DNA of 60,987 nucleotides, counting the filler, from Nemertoderma westbladi (lineage: Eukaryota; Animalia; Xenacoelomorpha): the NCBI GenBank assembly GCA_032718475.1. It is 3 parts of 3 records of this genome, joined end to end, with 100 filler letters (N's around TTAATTAATTAA, not from the genome) between each part and the next. Parts side by side here need not be neighbours in the genome. Positions count along the whole stretch, not along the records: positions 1 to 18,363 come from JAUCBJ010000406.1; 2 more parts are not named here. One strand, 5' to 3'. Each line of letters opens with the position of its first letter. Positions within the stretch are counted from its first letter, which is position 1. The notes under the pieces were generated by a model that did not search any database, was not told where the DNA came from, and saw only the letters and a list, made by a program, of their open reading frames with translations. Of the stretch, positions 1 to 11,816 are shown piece by piece. Both the position numbers and the translations under genes were made by a program.

Positions 1-53
1 GAAGACATCTTAATTTGGTGGGTTAAACTGCCAAAGGTCTGAAAGCGCGAACA
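1..53 (+). mobile_element. 3' end of an LTR plus PBS-like region, same family as the LTR element at 36643-41256
   Basis: 50/53 identical to the reverse complement of 40073-40125 (LTR end GAAGACATC + TAATT + TGGYGGGTTAAACTGCCA). Confidence 0.7.
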
Positions 54-54
54 G

Positions 55-1444
55 CCGGTTCCCAAGAAAGGCAACCTAACACTCTATGGTTCTTTTCGGG
101 GAATCTCATTTATCTCGATTGCTGCAAAGCTATACAATAGAATTCTATTAAATCGCATCAGTGATCCCATTGATAGACTGCTCTGTGGAAATCAGAATGG
201 GTTCCGTAAAGGTCGTGGGACCATGGAGCCCATTTTGGCACTTAGAAGGATAATTGAAGAGTTATAAAAAAAAAAGACAGGCATCTGGCTGTTATCTTTG
301 TTGACTTCTTCAAGGCCTTTGATTCAGTCTCTCGCTCACGTATGTTCAGCATACTTTCATTATATGGGATTCCTGATGAAATTATTGCAGCAATCAGATC
401 AGTATACGATGGTTCGACAACATTTGTGTCTACTGTTGACGGTGACGCAGAACCATTTGAAGTGTTATGGGGCGTCCTCCAGGGAGACACACTTGCACCA
501 TTCTTGTTCATAATTGTAGTTGACTATGTTATACGCATGTCCTTAGATCATCATAATGATGATGGGGTGATGATATCTCCACCTACTGGCTCCAGAAGTC
601 GAGGAAATCCTGTCAAGTACCTAACTGATCTAGAATTTGCTGATGACTTAGGAGTACTCTCAGAATCACTAGAGGGAGCCCAACGGCTCCTCAGCTCGTT
701 AGAACATGTTGGTCTTTTTATTAACTCCAGAAAGACCGAAATTTTGACAGTTAACTTTGAAAGTCCTCAGCAAGTCTCTGATCGGATGAGCATAAGCTCA
801 AAGGATGGTATGCTTGAGCATGTGGATGACTTCTGTTACCTGGGATCATGGATCCGGAAGTCAGGTGAGGACCTTCGAATACGTAAGGGAAAGGCATGGG
901 CAGCCTTGAATAGGCTTTCCAGGATTTGGAAGTCAACGAGAATTAATCGGAAACTTAAGGTCCGATTATTTAGAGCAGCAGTAGTTCCAGTACTCCTCTA
1001 TGGCAGTCCATGCTGGGCTCTAACTGCTGAGGACACCAAATCTCTGGATGGCACATTCACAAAAATGCTACGCCGGGTTCATTGTGTCAAGTACAATGCA
1101 CACATATCCAACCAGACACTATATAACATTGGAGGTGTCTCATTGGTTCCCCCAAGCTTGACACTAGAACAAAATCGCCTCCGCTTTGCAGGACATTGCT
1201 TTCGCCGTGAGGAGAAGCCAGTGCATAATCTTGTGCTTTGCGGCCTCATGGAGTGAATAAGCATGGTGGACAGCCCATGACTTTCTTGAGAGGCATCTTA
1301 AAGGACACTGGCATTGAAGATGCGGATGATCTAGCAAATGTCATGGGTGATAGGGAGTTGTGGCGGTGCAATTTTGTCGATAAGCCGGCACAGCATTCTT
1401 AAAAATGCAGCTGCAATGCAGCATGCCGATCCTAGTAGTAGTAT
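55..1444 (+). mobile_element. RTE-clade LINE, reverse-transcriptase region to 3' end, degenerate
   Basis: PKKGNL..FRGIS, QNGFRKGR, VDFFKAFDSV, GVLQGDTLAPFLF, FADD, FCYLGS, RLRFAGHC motifs; frameshifts in the A-run near 266-275 and near 1241; short 3' UTR ending in (TAG)n. Confidence 0.92.
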
Positions 1445-1544
1445 CAAAATTTAAGTTAAACGAATTCAATAAAACAGATTCACTATTGAACAACATTAAA
1501 GTAACATAACGATGCTCACCTGCTATGGTTCACAGCTCTTAACG

Positions 1545-2022
1545 GGTTGGGTGCAATCTTCGCCCGCGTCCAAACTTCGACCGCGTACAACATCCGCCCG
1601 CGTACAACCTTCGCCCGCGTCCAAACTTCGCCCGCGTACAACCTTCGCCCGGGTGAATCCTTTGCCCGCAAGGCAATCTTCTTCCGCGAGCAAACTTCGC
1701 CCAATAAGATTTGTGTTAGTAACCATTTTAGTAACAAATTGAGCAAGGAGGGGCAATTGAGAAAGGAGCAGGTTACAGCGACGGCTTTTCTAACCAAAAC
1801 AATAAACGATGGTGTTACCAATTGAGGATAAGGAGCAGGTAACTGATACGACTTTTTCTAACCAAAACAATACTTGTTTATTGGGAAGAGCTCGCGGGCG
1901 AAGATGGCCAGCAGGCGAAGGTTTCCCCCGTGCGATAGTTGCTCATTTTGGGGGCGAAGATTGCTCCGGGCGAAGATTGGACGCGGGCGAAGCTTTCACA
2001 CGGGCGAAGTTTGCTGCGTACC
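1545..2022. mobile_element. Non-autonomous MULE/Mutator-type element with subterminal tandem repeats
   Basis: Perfect 9-bp TSD CTCTTAACG (1536-1544, 2023-2031); imperfect TIRs GG..CC; CTTCGCCCGCG units on the left, inverted CGGGCGAAG units on the right. Confidence 0.8.
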
Positions 2023-2051
2023 CTCTTAACGCACATCTACCTTCCTCTCAC

Positions 2052-2160
2052 CTGCTATTGTCCACAGAGCTTTACCGACACACAGCTGTACTCTGGCTGT
2101 TCTACTTTTTTTCAACAGATTCAGTACAGGAACGACTGCCTTCTTGTCCCTAAATTCCTT
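2052..2160 (-). CDS. ANKAR-like gene exon (armadillo repeat)
   Basis: AG/GT bounded; KEFRDKKAVVPVLNLLKKSRTARVQLCVGKALWTIAG resembles an ARM repeat; phase compatible with the upstream exon, although a small intervening exon may be missing. Confidence 0.65.
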
Positions 2161-3332
2161 CTGAAACTGGCTGTTCCCGGTAGCTATTACGTTTATTGTA
2201 TCAATGGCCTAGAGATTGGAACAAACGTATCAACAAATCACCAATATAAAATATAATCAATCAAATATATAATAATAATAATACATGTTTGTCGTATATG
2301 TAAAACAAAAAATATGTGGTGGGATCATATAATATGACATACATAATCGCGCACATGTTTAGATTTAAATCGTGTTTGTTACTAAACTAACTCGATATCA
2401 ATTTGCTTATAAACTTGATAATATTTCGTTTATCACGATTTTCTGGTATATCATTAGGTTACTAATACTACTTACTACCTACAATTTAATTTATTGGTAA
2501 AACTAAACCGCGAAACAACGAAGACAACCCGAAGGCTCATATCTTCTTCATCTTGGTTGTTACCTACAGTGTAGGGCGCCACACTAACTCCCACGGGTGA
2601 ACACTCCATAATTGCTATCCGACTCTTTCTTTAATCACACAGCTGAAGCTAGGTTGACATCCTCGTAACGCTGGGTGTGCGTAAGCAGCATATGGATATA
2701 GCAGTGCCAGATTAACACAGGCTTTATCCCGGTTTGAACCAGCACAACTACTGAGAATGAAGTTTGCGGCACGACACAAACACTGCGAGATATCACAATA
2801 AACATGTAGATACACAGGAAGTTAGGGACTTGGAATTCTTTTGGTACTAATTAACCTGATAAGCTTTAATTCGAGTACTTGTTTGTATTTACAATACGCC
2901 GCCATTGGACTGACACAGGAAATGACTTAGTCTGTTGGTACGCAAAATTATTAATAAAGCCTTTAATGTTCAAAGGTAATTTCAACCAAATTTGACTGCT
3001 GGTTGTTTCTATACTTGTAGGAGGTATAACTACTTCTTTACAAATGAACATTACAAATTACAGAAAACTTAAATTAATAAAAAACAGTAAGGGGTATTTG
3101 AAGCTTTTTTGTTAAAAATGTTTGATATTCTATTTAGTGAAAAATTAATCGAAAATCATCTCAAATGAAAAAAAATCTCGATCGATCGATCGACAATATT
3201 TTCGATCGATTATCGATTTTCGATCAATTTCGGACAACCCTAGCCCTGTATAATATCTTTCGATTCTAAAATTTGAACGATTATTTATGCTGACTTCAAT
3301 GACGTCACACCTAAAATAATTGTAAAACTTAC

Positions 3333-3489
3333 AGTAACAGAAATATCTCTATTTTTCATTCCAGCTAATCGAATTAGTGAGAGAAAACCCCCGGCTTTTA
3401 GAACCTTGTCTTTATTGGCATCGTTATCATTGCATAGAGCTTGCAGTGTGTTGCAAATGGTTACCACCAAATTCTTCGATTGTCCTTTA
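3333..3489 (-). CDS. ANKAR-like gene exon (armadillo repeat)
   Basis: ttttcag/gtaagt boundaries; SKGQSKNLVVTICNTLQALCNDNDANKDKVLKAGGFLSLIRL is a typical ARM repeat; phase 2 start matches the previous exon. Confidence 0.8.
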
Positions 3490-3715
3490 CTGAAAAATAT
3501 TGAAATAAAAAATAAACTTCTTTACATTTAAAAATAAAATAAACTTATGTAGAACTGTAAGTTTTACGCTCTCTTTCAAGAAAATTCAAAATATTTGATA
3601 GGCTGTTTATGGGTAAATTCCATGGACGTATGTTAGGTCAATTTATGAAATTCAGTAGTAATACTATAAATATAAATTATTCGGTAAAAAATCGATTTTA
3701 AATAGATTAGCTAAC

Positions 3716-3861
3716 CTGAATAACTCTATCAAACAATCAATTAAATCTGGGTGTTTCCCAAATAATATTTGTAGATCCGAATCAATTGCAATGAATGAAG
3801 ATATTGTTGATACTGAAGTGGTAAGTATTGAGATATCGTTGCTGGTTCGACAGACACCAAC
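3716..3861 (-). CDS. ANKAR-like gene exon
   Basis: tag/gttag boundaries; open frame VGVCRTSNDISILTTSVSTISSFIAIDSDLQILFGKHPDLIDCLIELF; phase 0 to 2, consistent with both neighbours. Confidence 0.72.
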
Positions 3862-4639
3862 CTATATCGTAAATAGTGAGACAACAAACGGATTGTAAAG
3901 AAATAGCTAGCGATAAAAAAATTAGGATTAATGTAGCAATGCAGGCCTATCTTATTGGTCATGCAGGAAGTCAAAGGCCGGGCGGCCTTTTAGTTACCCT
4001 AATAAAGTAAAGAATAAAGTAAAAAAGTTTTCTTAAAAAGAAAATTTGTCTGTGAACACGAAATACGAAACAACGCGGGAAACTCAACGTATCTTTCTCT
4101 CTCTCTCTCTCTTGGCTGTTACCTGTAACACAGTAGGACGCTACTCTAACCCTATTATTTCCAACCCCAGCAGTAGCCACGTTCACTAATGACTGGGTTG
4201 GCGCAACAGATACTAATTTTCAATTGGCTCGGCATGAACTTAACCAAACCGATACACTTCATAAACTTTAACACTACCGTTGCACGAAATAACTGAGCAC
4301 TATAACATAAGATTAGAAGGAAAAATTAAATGAAATTAAATAGTTACAATATTTATATAGATGGAATCAAAAGTAAAGATAATTCGCATGCGGTGAGTGA
4401 GTCCATCATTACCATGATAGCAGATAGCTCTTTATAAAATACCGTTTAATTAAAATGCTCATTATTGGACCAAAAAATAAAATTATTAACATGTAATGTA
4501 ATTACGGAATGATAAAACACTGCGTGTTTCTATTATTTCTACAAATAAACGAAATATACAGACAAACCACCATGAAATAAAAGGGAAAGGAGACATTCCT
4601 GAATAAGACATTGAGTACAGACTGCAGACTAATACTTAC

Positions 4640-4900
4640 CAGGAAATTAATGCCTTGATGTTGAAAGAACTTTGCAACATGTTCAGCTGTTTGCACCAGG
4701 GCAGCTAGAAGTTGGAATAACGTGTCAAGCAGCTGTAAACCATGGCTCTCTTTAATTATATCCCGAGATATAGTCAACAGCTGTTCTATACCTTTACTTG
4801 CTAGGAGCTTATCCCGGATTGTGTCGACAATAACTATGTTCACCATCCATTGGTTAATGCGTACTTTAGTATCAGCTGATAATAGTTGTGTTTTAATCAG
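4640..4900 (-). CDS. ANKAR-like gene exon (armadillo-like helices)
   Basis: 261 nt, phase 0-0, ttttag/gtaagt; IRDKLLASKGIEQLL...FFQHQGINFL. Confidence 0.8.
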
Positions 4901-5212
4901 CTAAAACAATTCAATTATAATTATAACGTAACTGCCTCTATATGATAGAGGTATGTACAGTAGTTGTTGTAAGAAAGAGACACTCTTAAAAATTATGTAA
5001 TTTTTATTGTTATTGTAGTGATTTATGTTAAGGGCTAGACTTAAGATATGAATGTACACCTGGTTCGATCCCTGATTAGTTCTTTTTGTAGATAATGATT
5101 ATGCAGTTTTGTTTGCAGCCAGCTTACTATATTTTCTGGTAGATAATTTGAAGTACAAAATATTGAATACGAATAGAATTCCTGTTCACTACATTGTATT
5201 AGAGAATTTAAC

Positions 5213-5512
5213 CTTTAGGAATCTGTCCACTCCGTTATACTTTAGTATTTCGTTCGCGGAATTCGGAATGCCGGATTCCTGGTGCGTCAGATCGACGAGG
5301 ATCTCGGCAGCGGCGACGCACGCGGGTTCGTTCTCGTCGCTGTGCATCTCCATCAAGGTCCGCCAGACCGCGAATCGTCCGCTACGCTCCGCCAGGAAGT
5401 GTCGCACAATGTCCCGGTGCGCGCCCATCGTAGCGAGATGCACCGCGCCGCAGTTGGAGCTGTCCACGGCGTCGACGTTACAGCCGCGGCGCTCCAGATC
5501 AATAACGCACTC
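5213..5512 (-). CDS. ANKAR-like gene exon (last ankyrin repeat and start of the ARM region)
   Basis: 300 nt, phase 0-0; NVDAVDSSNCGAVHLATMGAHRDIVRHFL ankyrin repeat, then AVWRTLMEM, resembling the ankyrin-ARM junction of ANKAR as I recall it. Confidence 0.82.
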
Positions 5513-6588
5513 CTGGGTAATTAAAAAAAAACAACAAAAACGTAGATCACATCAACAACGTGCTCCTCTAAATGTGTTTGATTCACCTAGTACTAAGTCT
5601 ATTGTGTGGCGGAGTCTGAGTGTCTGTGTACATACAGTATGTGACTACTGTAGCTACTGTACAATGAATGTACACCTGGCCACTCAATGTACTGAATGTC
5701 CTCTTTCCTCTATTGTACAACTCACAGTGCATGTATCCCTCCTTCACTTTACTTAAAATTGGCTGTACTTCCGTCTGACAGATCTGTCAGACAACTGAGA
5801 CAGACGTGTCACAGACTTTTGCTCCACGTCTGTGGCAGACGTACAGACGTCTGTTAGTGACGTCACGCTTTTTAAACGGTTTACATTTTTTGCGTCAATG
5901 CAATATTGAATATGTTAATAATGTTGAATGCGGATCGGCCAAAAATAATTTGTTCAAAAAGCCAGAATGTATTAGCTGCCAGAGCGAGACAGGGGGGGGG
6001 GGGGGGGGGGCTGGACGCAAATCCCATCTAGGCGAATTATTATCCCGCCTCAATGTTAAATTGTCAATTTAGAGAAAGGAGCAGGTTACAGTGGCACGAT
6101 ATTTTAACCAAAACAATAAACTTAACACAATAGAACACGTTACAGTTTTATTTTTGAGAGTAATCATCTGTTATTCGCTTCCAATTTCCCCTGGAGTGGG
6201 ATGAATATTTATTGCATCCAGTTTCCTCCTATCTGGCGAGCGCACAATTGAATCAAAATGGCTGACATTCATTTTTGGTTGATAGCCAATTTATTATTAA
6301 TATTAACACTTACTGTAAAGTAAAATATTACATACAACAAATTATAGTTCACAATTTGAGATTAATATTAGCACTACTCAAATAGAATCAGTACATATTG
6401 TATACAAACAGATTATACTGCAGTTACCTCACATCTGAAGCAATAGTCGGTTTGAGTATAAACTACCTGGTATTTTTACGGCTGAATCTGATATCCGATG
6501 TGCGTCTGATATGAGATCACGTATTAACCGGGGTGTATGCCTTGCCTATGCTATGCCATAGCATATTCATATAATAACTGGATAGCAT

Positions 6589-7041
6589 AGTACTCCCCTA
6601 TGGGAGTCCATGCTGGGCTCTAACTGCCGAGGATACCAAATCTCTGGATGGCACATTCACAAAAATGCTACGTCCGGTTCATTGTGTCAAGTACAATGCA
6701 CACATCTCCAACCAGACACTATATAACATTGGAGGTGTCTCATTGGTTCCCCCAAGCTTGACACTAGAACAAAATCGCCTCCGCTTTGCAGGACATTGCT
6801 TTCGCCGTGAGGACCAGCCAGTGCATAATCTTGTACTTTGGCAGCCTCATGGAGTGAATAAGCATGGTGCACAGCCCATGACTTTCTTGAGACGCATCTT
6901 AAAGGACACTGGTCTTGAAGATGCGGATGATCTAGCAAATGTCATGGGTGATAGGGAGTTGTGGCGGCGTAATTTTGTCGACAAGCCGGCACAGTATTCT
7001 TAAAAATGCAGCTGCAATGCAGCATGCCGATACTAGTAGTA
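6589..7041 (+). mobile_element. 5'-truncated RTE LINE copy, same family as 55-1444
   Basis: Near-identical to 989-1444; keeps the intact C-terminal frame (VLWQPHG...DRELWRR) and the (TAG)n tail. Confidence 0.92.
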
Positions 7042-7299
7042 TCTAACTTAAAATTATGCCATTACTACGGAGTTTCTTATCACTGTTAATTTTTCTAATC
7101 TCAACCGCAAATATTTAATAAGGAGATTAAGGCTGAATGGATGTATTTGTATTATTCTTCATAAATAATGACTTATATCAATATATATAGAGAGAGATAC
7201 ATATTTTAGTCATTAATTCCAACTACAAGTTGGTTTTTATTAGCATCAAAGATACTTTTTCTAATATCATATAATTGTCGCAAATTTTCTACCAAAATA

Positions 7300-8904
7300 A
7301 TGTTGAGACTATTACTAGGATTATTGCCGCTCGTAGGTTTCACGTCGGGCGACGAGGTATTATCGATGCGAAACTCGCGCGCATGCGATCTAAACGGATT
7401 CTGGTACAATCAATTGGGTTCGGAATTATTGTTGGATACTTCCAGTGGAGATGGAATTCTAAAGGGCGAATACAGAACAGCTGTTGAAACATACAGAGGG
7501 GCGGCTGGGCGCGAAGGTAAGTTATTGATATGGGGCGAGTCGTAGCTGTAATCCATCATCGGTGAACAGTCATAAAACTAACTTCAGTACAAAAATCCTT
7601 TAACCCTATCCATACCGGGGGGGGGACTTTTGGAGACGCACTTTATTTGATTGCTTGGTTCAAAGCCAAACCACATTTATTGCAAGTGAAATTCCGTTAC
7701 TTTTCCTAAAATTTATTATTCTTTATCTTAAAACAAAAATTAATTTTCATATTATTATTTATGACCATGAAAATGACTCGTAAACTGACCTGTCTCTGAA
7801 ACTGTCATATTATTGCTGAACTATTATAGGCGGGAAATTTAAAATTCAATCAATTTAATATAAATTTAAAATCAATTTAAACATAATTATAGTATATAAA
7901 TATTATATTTCAGCATTAGTGTGTGGCATATTTGGATAGAGGAATAAATTTTGTATCTAAAACTTTTTACTTTAAAGTGATATCATTACACCACACAAAG
8001 TTATATGCTTCCAAACTTTACGTCCCCAAAAGTCCCCCCCCCGGTAGGTGGAGCGTCTAAAGTACCCCGGTATGGATAGGGTTAAACTCTAAATGTTCTA
8101 TTATTAAATGAAGGTCCACAACATTTTGATAGTATTACGGCATAAAATGTTACAGTACTTACTTACAGGTGATTGAATAAATGGTTAGTAATTAGGTCTA
8201 GAAAAAAATGCAAAAAAAACTATTCAAAAATTACTGTCATTCATTAGGGCTTATCTCTTTATAGCTGCTTCAATACACGGATGCGTAGGTAACAGCACTG
8301 AAAATGACGTCATAACATTTGGGTTCACTGCATTATGGGATGGTGGCCGTTCTGTGACGTCATGGAGTGGCTCCTGTATCCATAACGATGGACCTAACCA
8401 ATTTGTAGACGATACTTTAGTGACTACATGGATACTTGTGCGCGGACAGATGTTGCTGTCGGTGAGTTTGAAATATAAACAAGTCAGATAGACTTACATG
8501 TGTATTATGATACCGATATTCAATCAATGCATATTGTAGTAGAAATGTTAGAACACAGTGTTTGTACTTGTATTGTTACTCTGTGAGGAGGTACAACATT
8601 TAAAATTAAATATTATTCAGTCACATTGCAACAAGCAAAGATTGATAGCAAATGTCAACGTTATTTGTACCTTAACAATTTATCAATCGAACTTGGCCAA
8701 TGTTGACCATGATACAATACAATTATTAATTATTAGATTTAATATTAAATGTAGTTATATAGTTACAGTGTATTTGTATTAAAATGTTGTACTTAATAGG
8801 ATCATTGGAAATCATCTAATGTTGGACAGGACTACTTTACAAGAAATGCCCAAAAACAGGGCCCCAGGAAATTCAGAGGTGAAGAAGGACCATTAGAACA
8901 CTAG
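7300..8904 (+). CDS. Avidin/streptavidin-family secreted protein, 3 exons (7300-7516, 8265-8461, 8800-8904), 172 aa
   Basis: Hydrophobic signal peptide; CDLNGFWYNQLGS, GEYRTAV, TFGFTALW, SVTSWSGSC, TTWIL, DHWKSSNVGQDYFTR follow the avidin pattern; canonical GT-AG introns with compatible phases (1, 0). Confidence 0.92.
7604..8081. mobile_element. piggyBac-type MITE in avidin intron 1
   Basis: TTAA on both sides; 17-bp TIR CCCTATCCATACCGGGG / CCCCGGTATGGATAGGG. Confidence 0.85.
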
Positions 8905-9267
8905 ATGACGCTGCTAATACGTAACTCATATAATGGCTTAACTCCAGATCCGCAAGGTGGCGCTATTCAACGCTGTTCATTTACAGTAGTACAGTATTCC
9001 CTATAATTATCCCAAATAGTTATCTAACGCTTATTTATGAATTACAGTAGATTCTATTGAAATGTTACATAGAGAAATGCGATTTGATTTACAAAATCTT
9101 TTTCATGCACCATCTACATTATATTGTGTAAAAGTTACAATATCGTTGTTACGGTCGCTTACGGCCGGTTGTTACAGTACGTACAAGTTGATAATTTGTA
9201 ATTATACCACTTGCATAAGCTTACTGTACGTGCTACTATAAATATTATTGCCACAAATATTACTTAC

Positions 9268-9361
9268 CAACTGCCCTGCTGTTACAGCCACAAGAAATGG
9301 AGTCAACTTCTGCCCATCATCTGTTTCATATTCAATAAGATCAGCAAATATCGATAAATAG
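9268..9361 (-). CDS. ANKAR-like gene exon (ankyrin repeat)
   Basis: gtag/gtaagt; YLSIFADLIEYETDDGQKLTPFLVAVTAGQL splices in frame to ECVIDLERRGCNVDA, completing an ankyrin repeat. Confidence 0.8.
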
Positions 9362-9938
9362 CTACAATAAAATCAGTCAATTCGTTAAAAATTTAATTGG
9401 GCAATAAATTAAATTGCAAAATATAATAAAACGTATGTAATCTGAAAAACACACTTTATCTGATTTAGAGACTGGGTTGGAAACTTACGCAAAACGGAAA
9501 TCCGATCTTGGCAAATTAACAATATCAGAAGTGAAGGAAGAGGCTGTGTCTGTGGGTGTGGGGTAGGCCTACAGTGGCACGTTATTCTACCAAAATACAT
9601 AAACGTGGAAATACAGGCCTACTATAGTAGAGTGGTACTGTAGTAGATTTACATTTACGTAAAATGCTAATACAGTATAGCAATTGTTCGTTTTTTATTT
9701 ATAACGAAAAAGGTTTAAAAACCCAAGTAAAAGCAATACAGTGGCATAATTCTGCCATAATTAATTATATCTCTGTTTTTTTGTTGCATAATTTATGGAC
9801 GCCCCGAAATTACTTTCTGGACGTCCATAAATAAATTTCGGGAGTCCATATATTAATTCGTGTCGTTCTATCGTTATCGTCTATCGTCATATCTGTCGTT
9901 CTGGGTAATCCGAATATATTATTTGATAGGTCGCCTTA

Positions 9939-10092
9939 AAGCCCATTTACAATCGGCAGTACGACTACCGTACGGTAAGAAATTATGATATTTGTCCGTA
10001 CAGCAGCCGTCAGACGGCCGTACGGCCATATGGATGAGGCCGTACAGTACTGTACGTTGACCTCACGACCGCCGTACGACATAAATGGGCCT
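9939..10092. mobile_element. Short PIF/Harbinger-like MITE
   Basis: TIR A(A/G)GCCCATTTA, TTA/TAA flanks, internal CCGTACG repeats. Confidence 0.55.
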
Positions 10093-10730
10093 TAATACTG
10101 TATACTGTAGTAGTACTGTATTGATCATAAAGCTAAGATTTACAAACCATACAGGCACCACTGCAATGCAAGAAGGGATATAATTTATCAATGACGACAG
10201 ATACAGTTAGTTAGTTTATGTACAGTATACGTTAGGCATATAGGAAACCTATAGAGCAGTGAAATACAGTATATTACATAATGCCCTGCATGTCTGTCTG
10301 TCTAGGTGTGCCAGATGTTATTCATGAGATCATTCCCCCCACCCCCCACCACCCAAGTGTTATATAACAGAGGCAGTACGACTATAGCTAAATCATATTT
10401 TATAAACAACATATAAATTCTTATTTGACGGTGTTATGTGTATGAAATTCAATTGAGAAGAAATAAATAAACAAATTTCGTCAAAGATCATGTTTACCTT
10501 CCAGGAACATTCAGTATAGAAAAGAAGGGATTCTACAAGTTTATCTACATCAACAGGTTCTTAAAGCATTGTAAGTTCCTCCTACTGCACAGTAATTAAA
10601 TAAATATTCACTTATCTTATCTGTTCACTTAAACTATATTCACTTAAACTTATCTGTATTAGCCTAACGCTCGTTCGCAGGTCTTACATTGTCTGATCTC
10701 CTTTTCATTGTACAGTAACAAAATAAGTTG

Positions 10731-10790
10731 GGATAATTCCGACCCGGACAATTCCCACCCGAATAGTTCCGATGCTTACAATTCCGACGC
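10731..10790. repeat. Degenerate 15-bp (GGACAATTCCGACCC) repeats, fragment related to the 13131-13799 family
   Basis: Sequence similarity to the subterminal repeats at 13140-13205. Confidence 0.55.
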
Positions 10791-10847
10791 CAATTAATAT
10801 TGACGACAATATTAATGCATTAAAATGCACAAAGAATGTTAACAATA

Positions 10848-11040
10848 CACCATTCCCGGAATATAATTTCTATATTCAAGTAGACCCCCCCCCCCCCCCT
10901 TCCCCAAATTGTTCTAAAAATCTTGATGAGATTTCATAAAATTTGTATCAAATAGTTTATCCTCCCTCCTCCTTGGTGGGTGAGCCAGAATATAGGCCTA
11001 TATTTTCATTTTCGTTCTTTAGCTACAAACGTTTTTGTTG
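10848..11040. mobile_element. Partial, diverged end of the Tc1/mariner-type MITE family seen at 11817-12620
   Basis: TA-CACCATTCCCGGAATATA start, poly-C run, CCTCCCTCCTCCTTG..GGGTGAGCCAGAAT shared with that element. Confidence 0.6.
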
Positions 11041-11816
11041 CAACTTTGTTGCTAAGCCGTCATAGCATTCTTATTGCGTAGGCCTACTGCACTGCGGCAT
11101 GCCAATTGTGGATCGGATGGTGGTAGCAAAAATAATTTTATTCCAAAATTACTCAACGCCGTTAGTATTAACAACGAGTTGTTATTTAGATTGTATTGGT
11201 GTTGTAATGTCCCTTGTTTATGTGCTAACCAACGCAGCGAGCAGGCGTCATTGGTTACCACGTAAACAATAGGTGGCATTTATTATTAATTGCCTGACAG
11301 CCAGATAGGCCTACTGCATTACCTACCGGTAGCTATTAATAACCAGTAGCTACAGTATAAACTATTAACATGGCTCCAAACGCCACCATAAATATAAGCT
11401 AACTTTTTTATAACATAATTTATGTCATTTTTACATTTATTTATACAGCAACTAATATAATTTGTGCAGTTTCTATCACTTATAATACACTGTATATATG
11501 CAATCATTTGTAATGTTACAATTTTGGAATAAAACCTCATATATATTTGTTGCAAAGTACTTTACAGTGTTGCTGATCCTCGTGGCTTTATTTTTCACTC
11601 ACTCACTAACGTTCGTTCGTGTAACAAAGCCACTCGGATCATCACACTGTAAAGTGCTACTTTACACACAAGTACAGTATGTAAATAGTTATTGTTAAGC
11701 CAGCATAGCATCTACTGTACTTTGTCAATGTGCCGCTGCAGTGCAGCAGGTCGATTTAGGGTAGTAGGCCTACTGTATGATATTAGTACAATTGTAAAGT
11801 AGGCCCTACTGTAATA

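Noticed and set aside
2615-3051. Short minus-strand ORFs as the missing ARM exon
   Set aside because: No phase-compatible splice pair giving an ARM-like translation was found
5030-5080. GGTTCGATCCC B-box as a tRNA or SINE
   Set aside because: No convincing A-box or cloverleaf
6430-6560. Weak LINE-like peptide (INYL..DMRSRINRG)
   Set aside because: Too short and frameshifted to call without a search
9489-9568. Possible further ANKAR-like exon (AG..GTAAGT, compatible phase)
   Set aside because: The translation lacks the expected ankyrin pattern and overlaps a dispersed repeat motif
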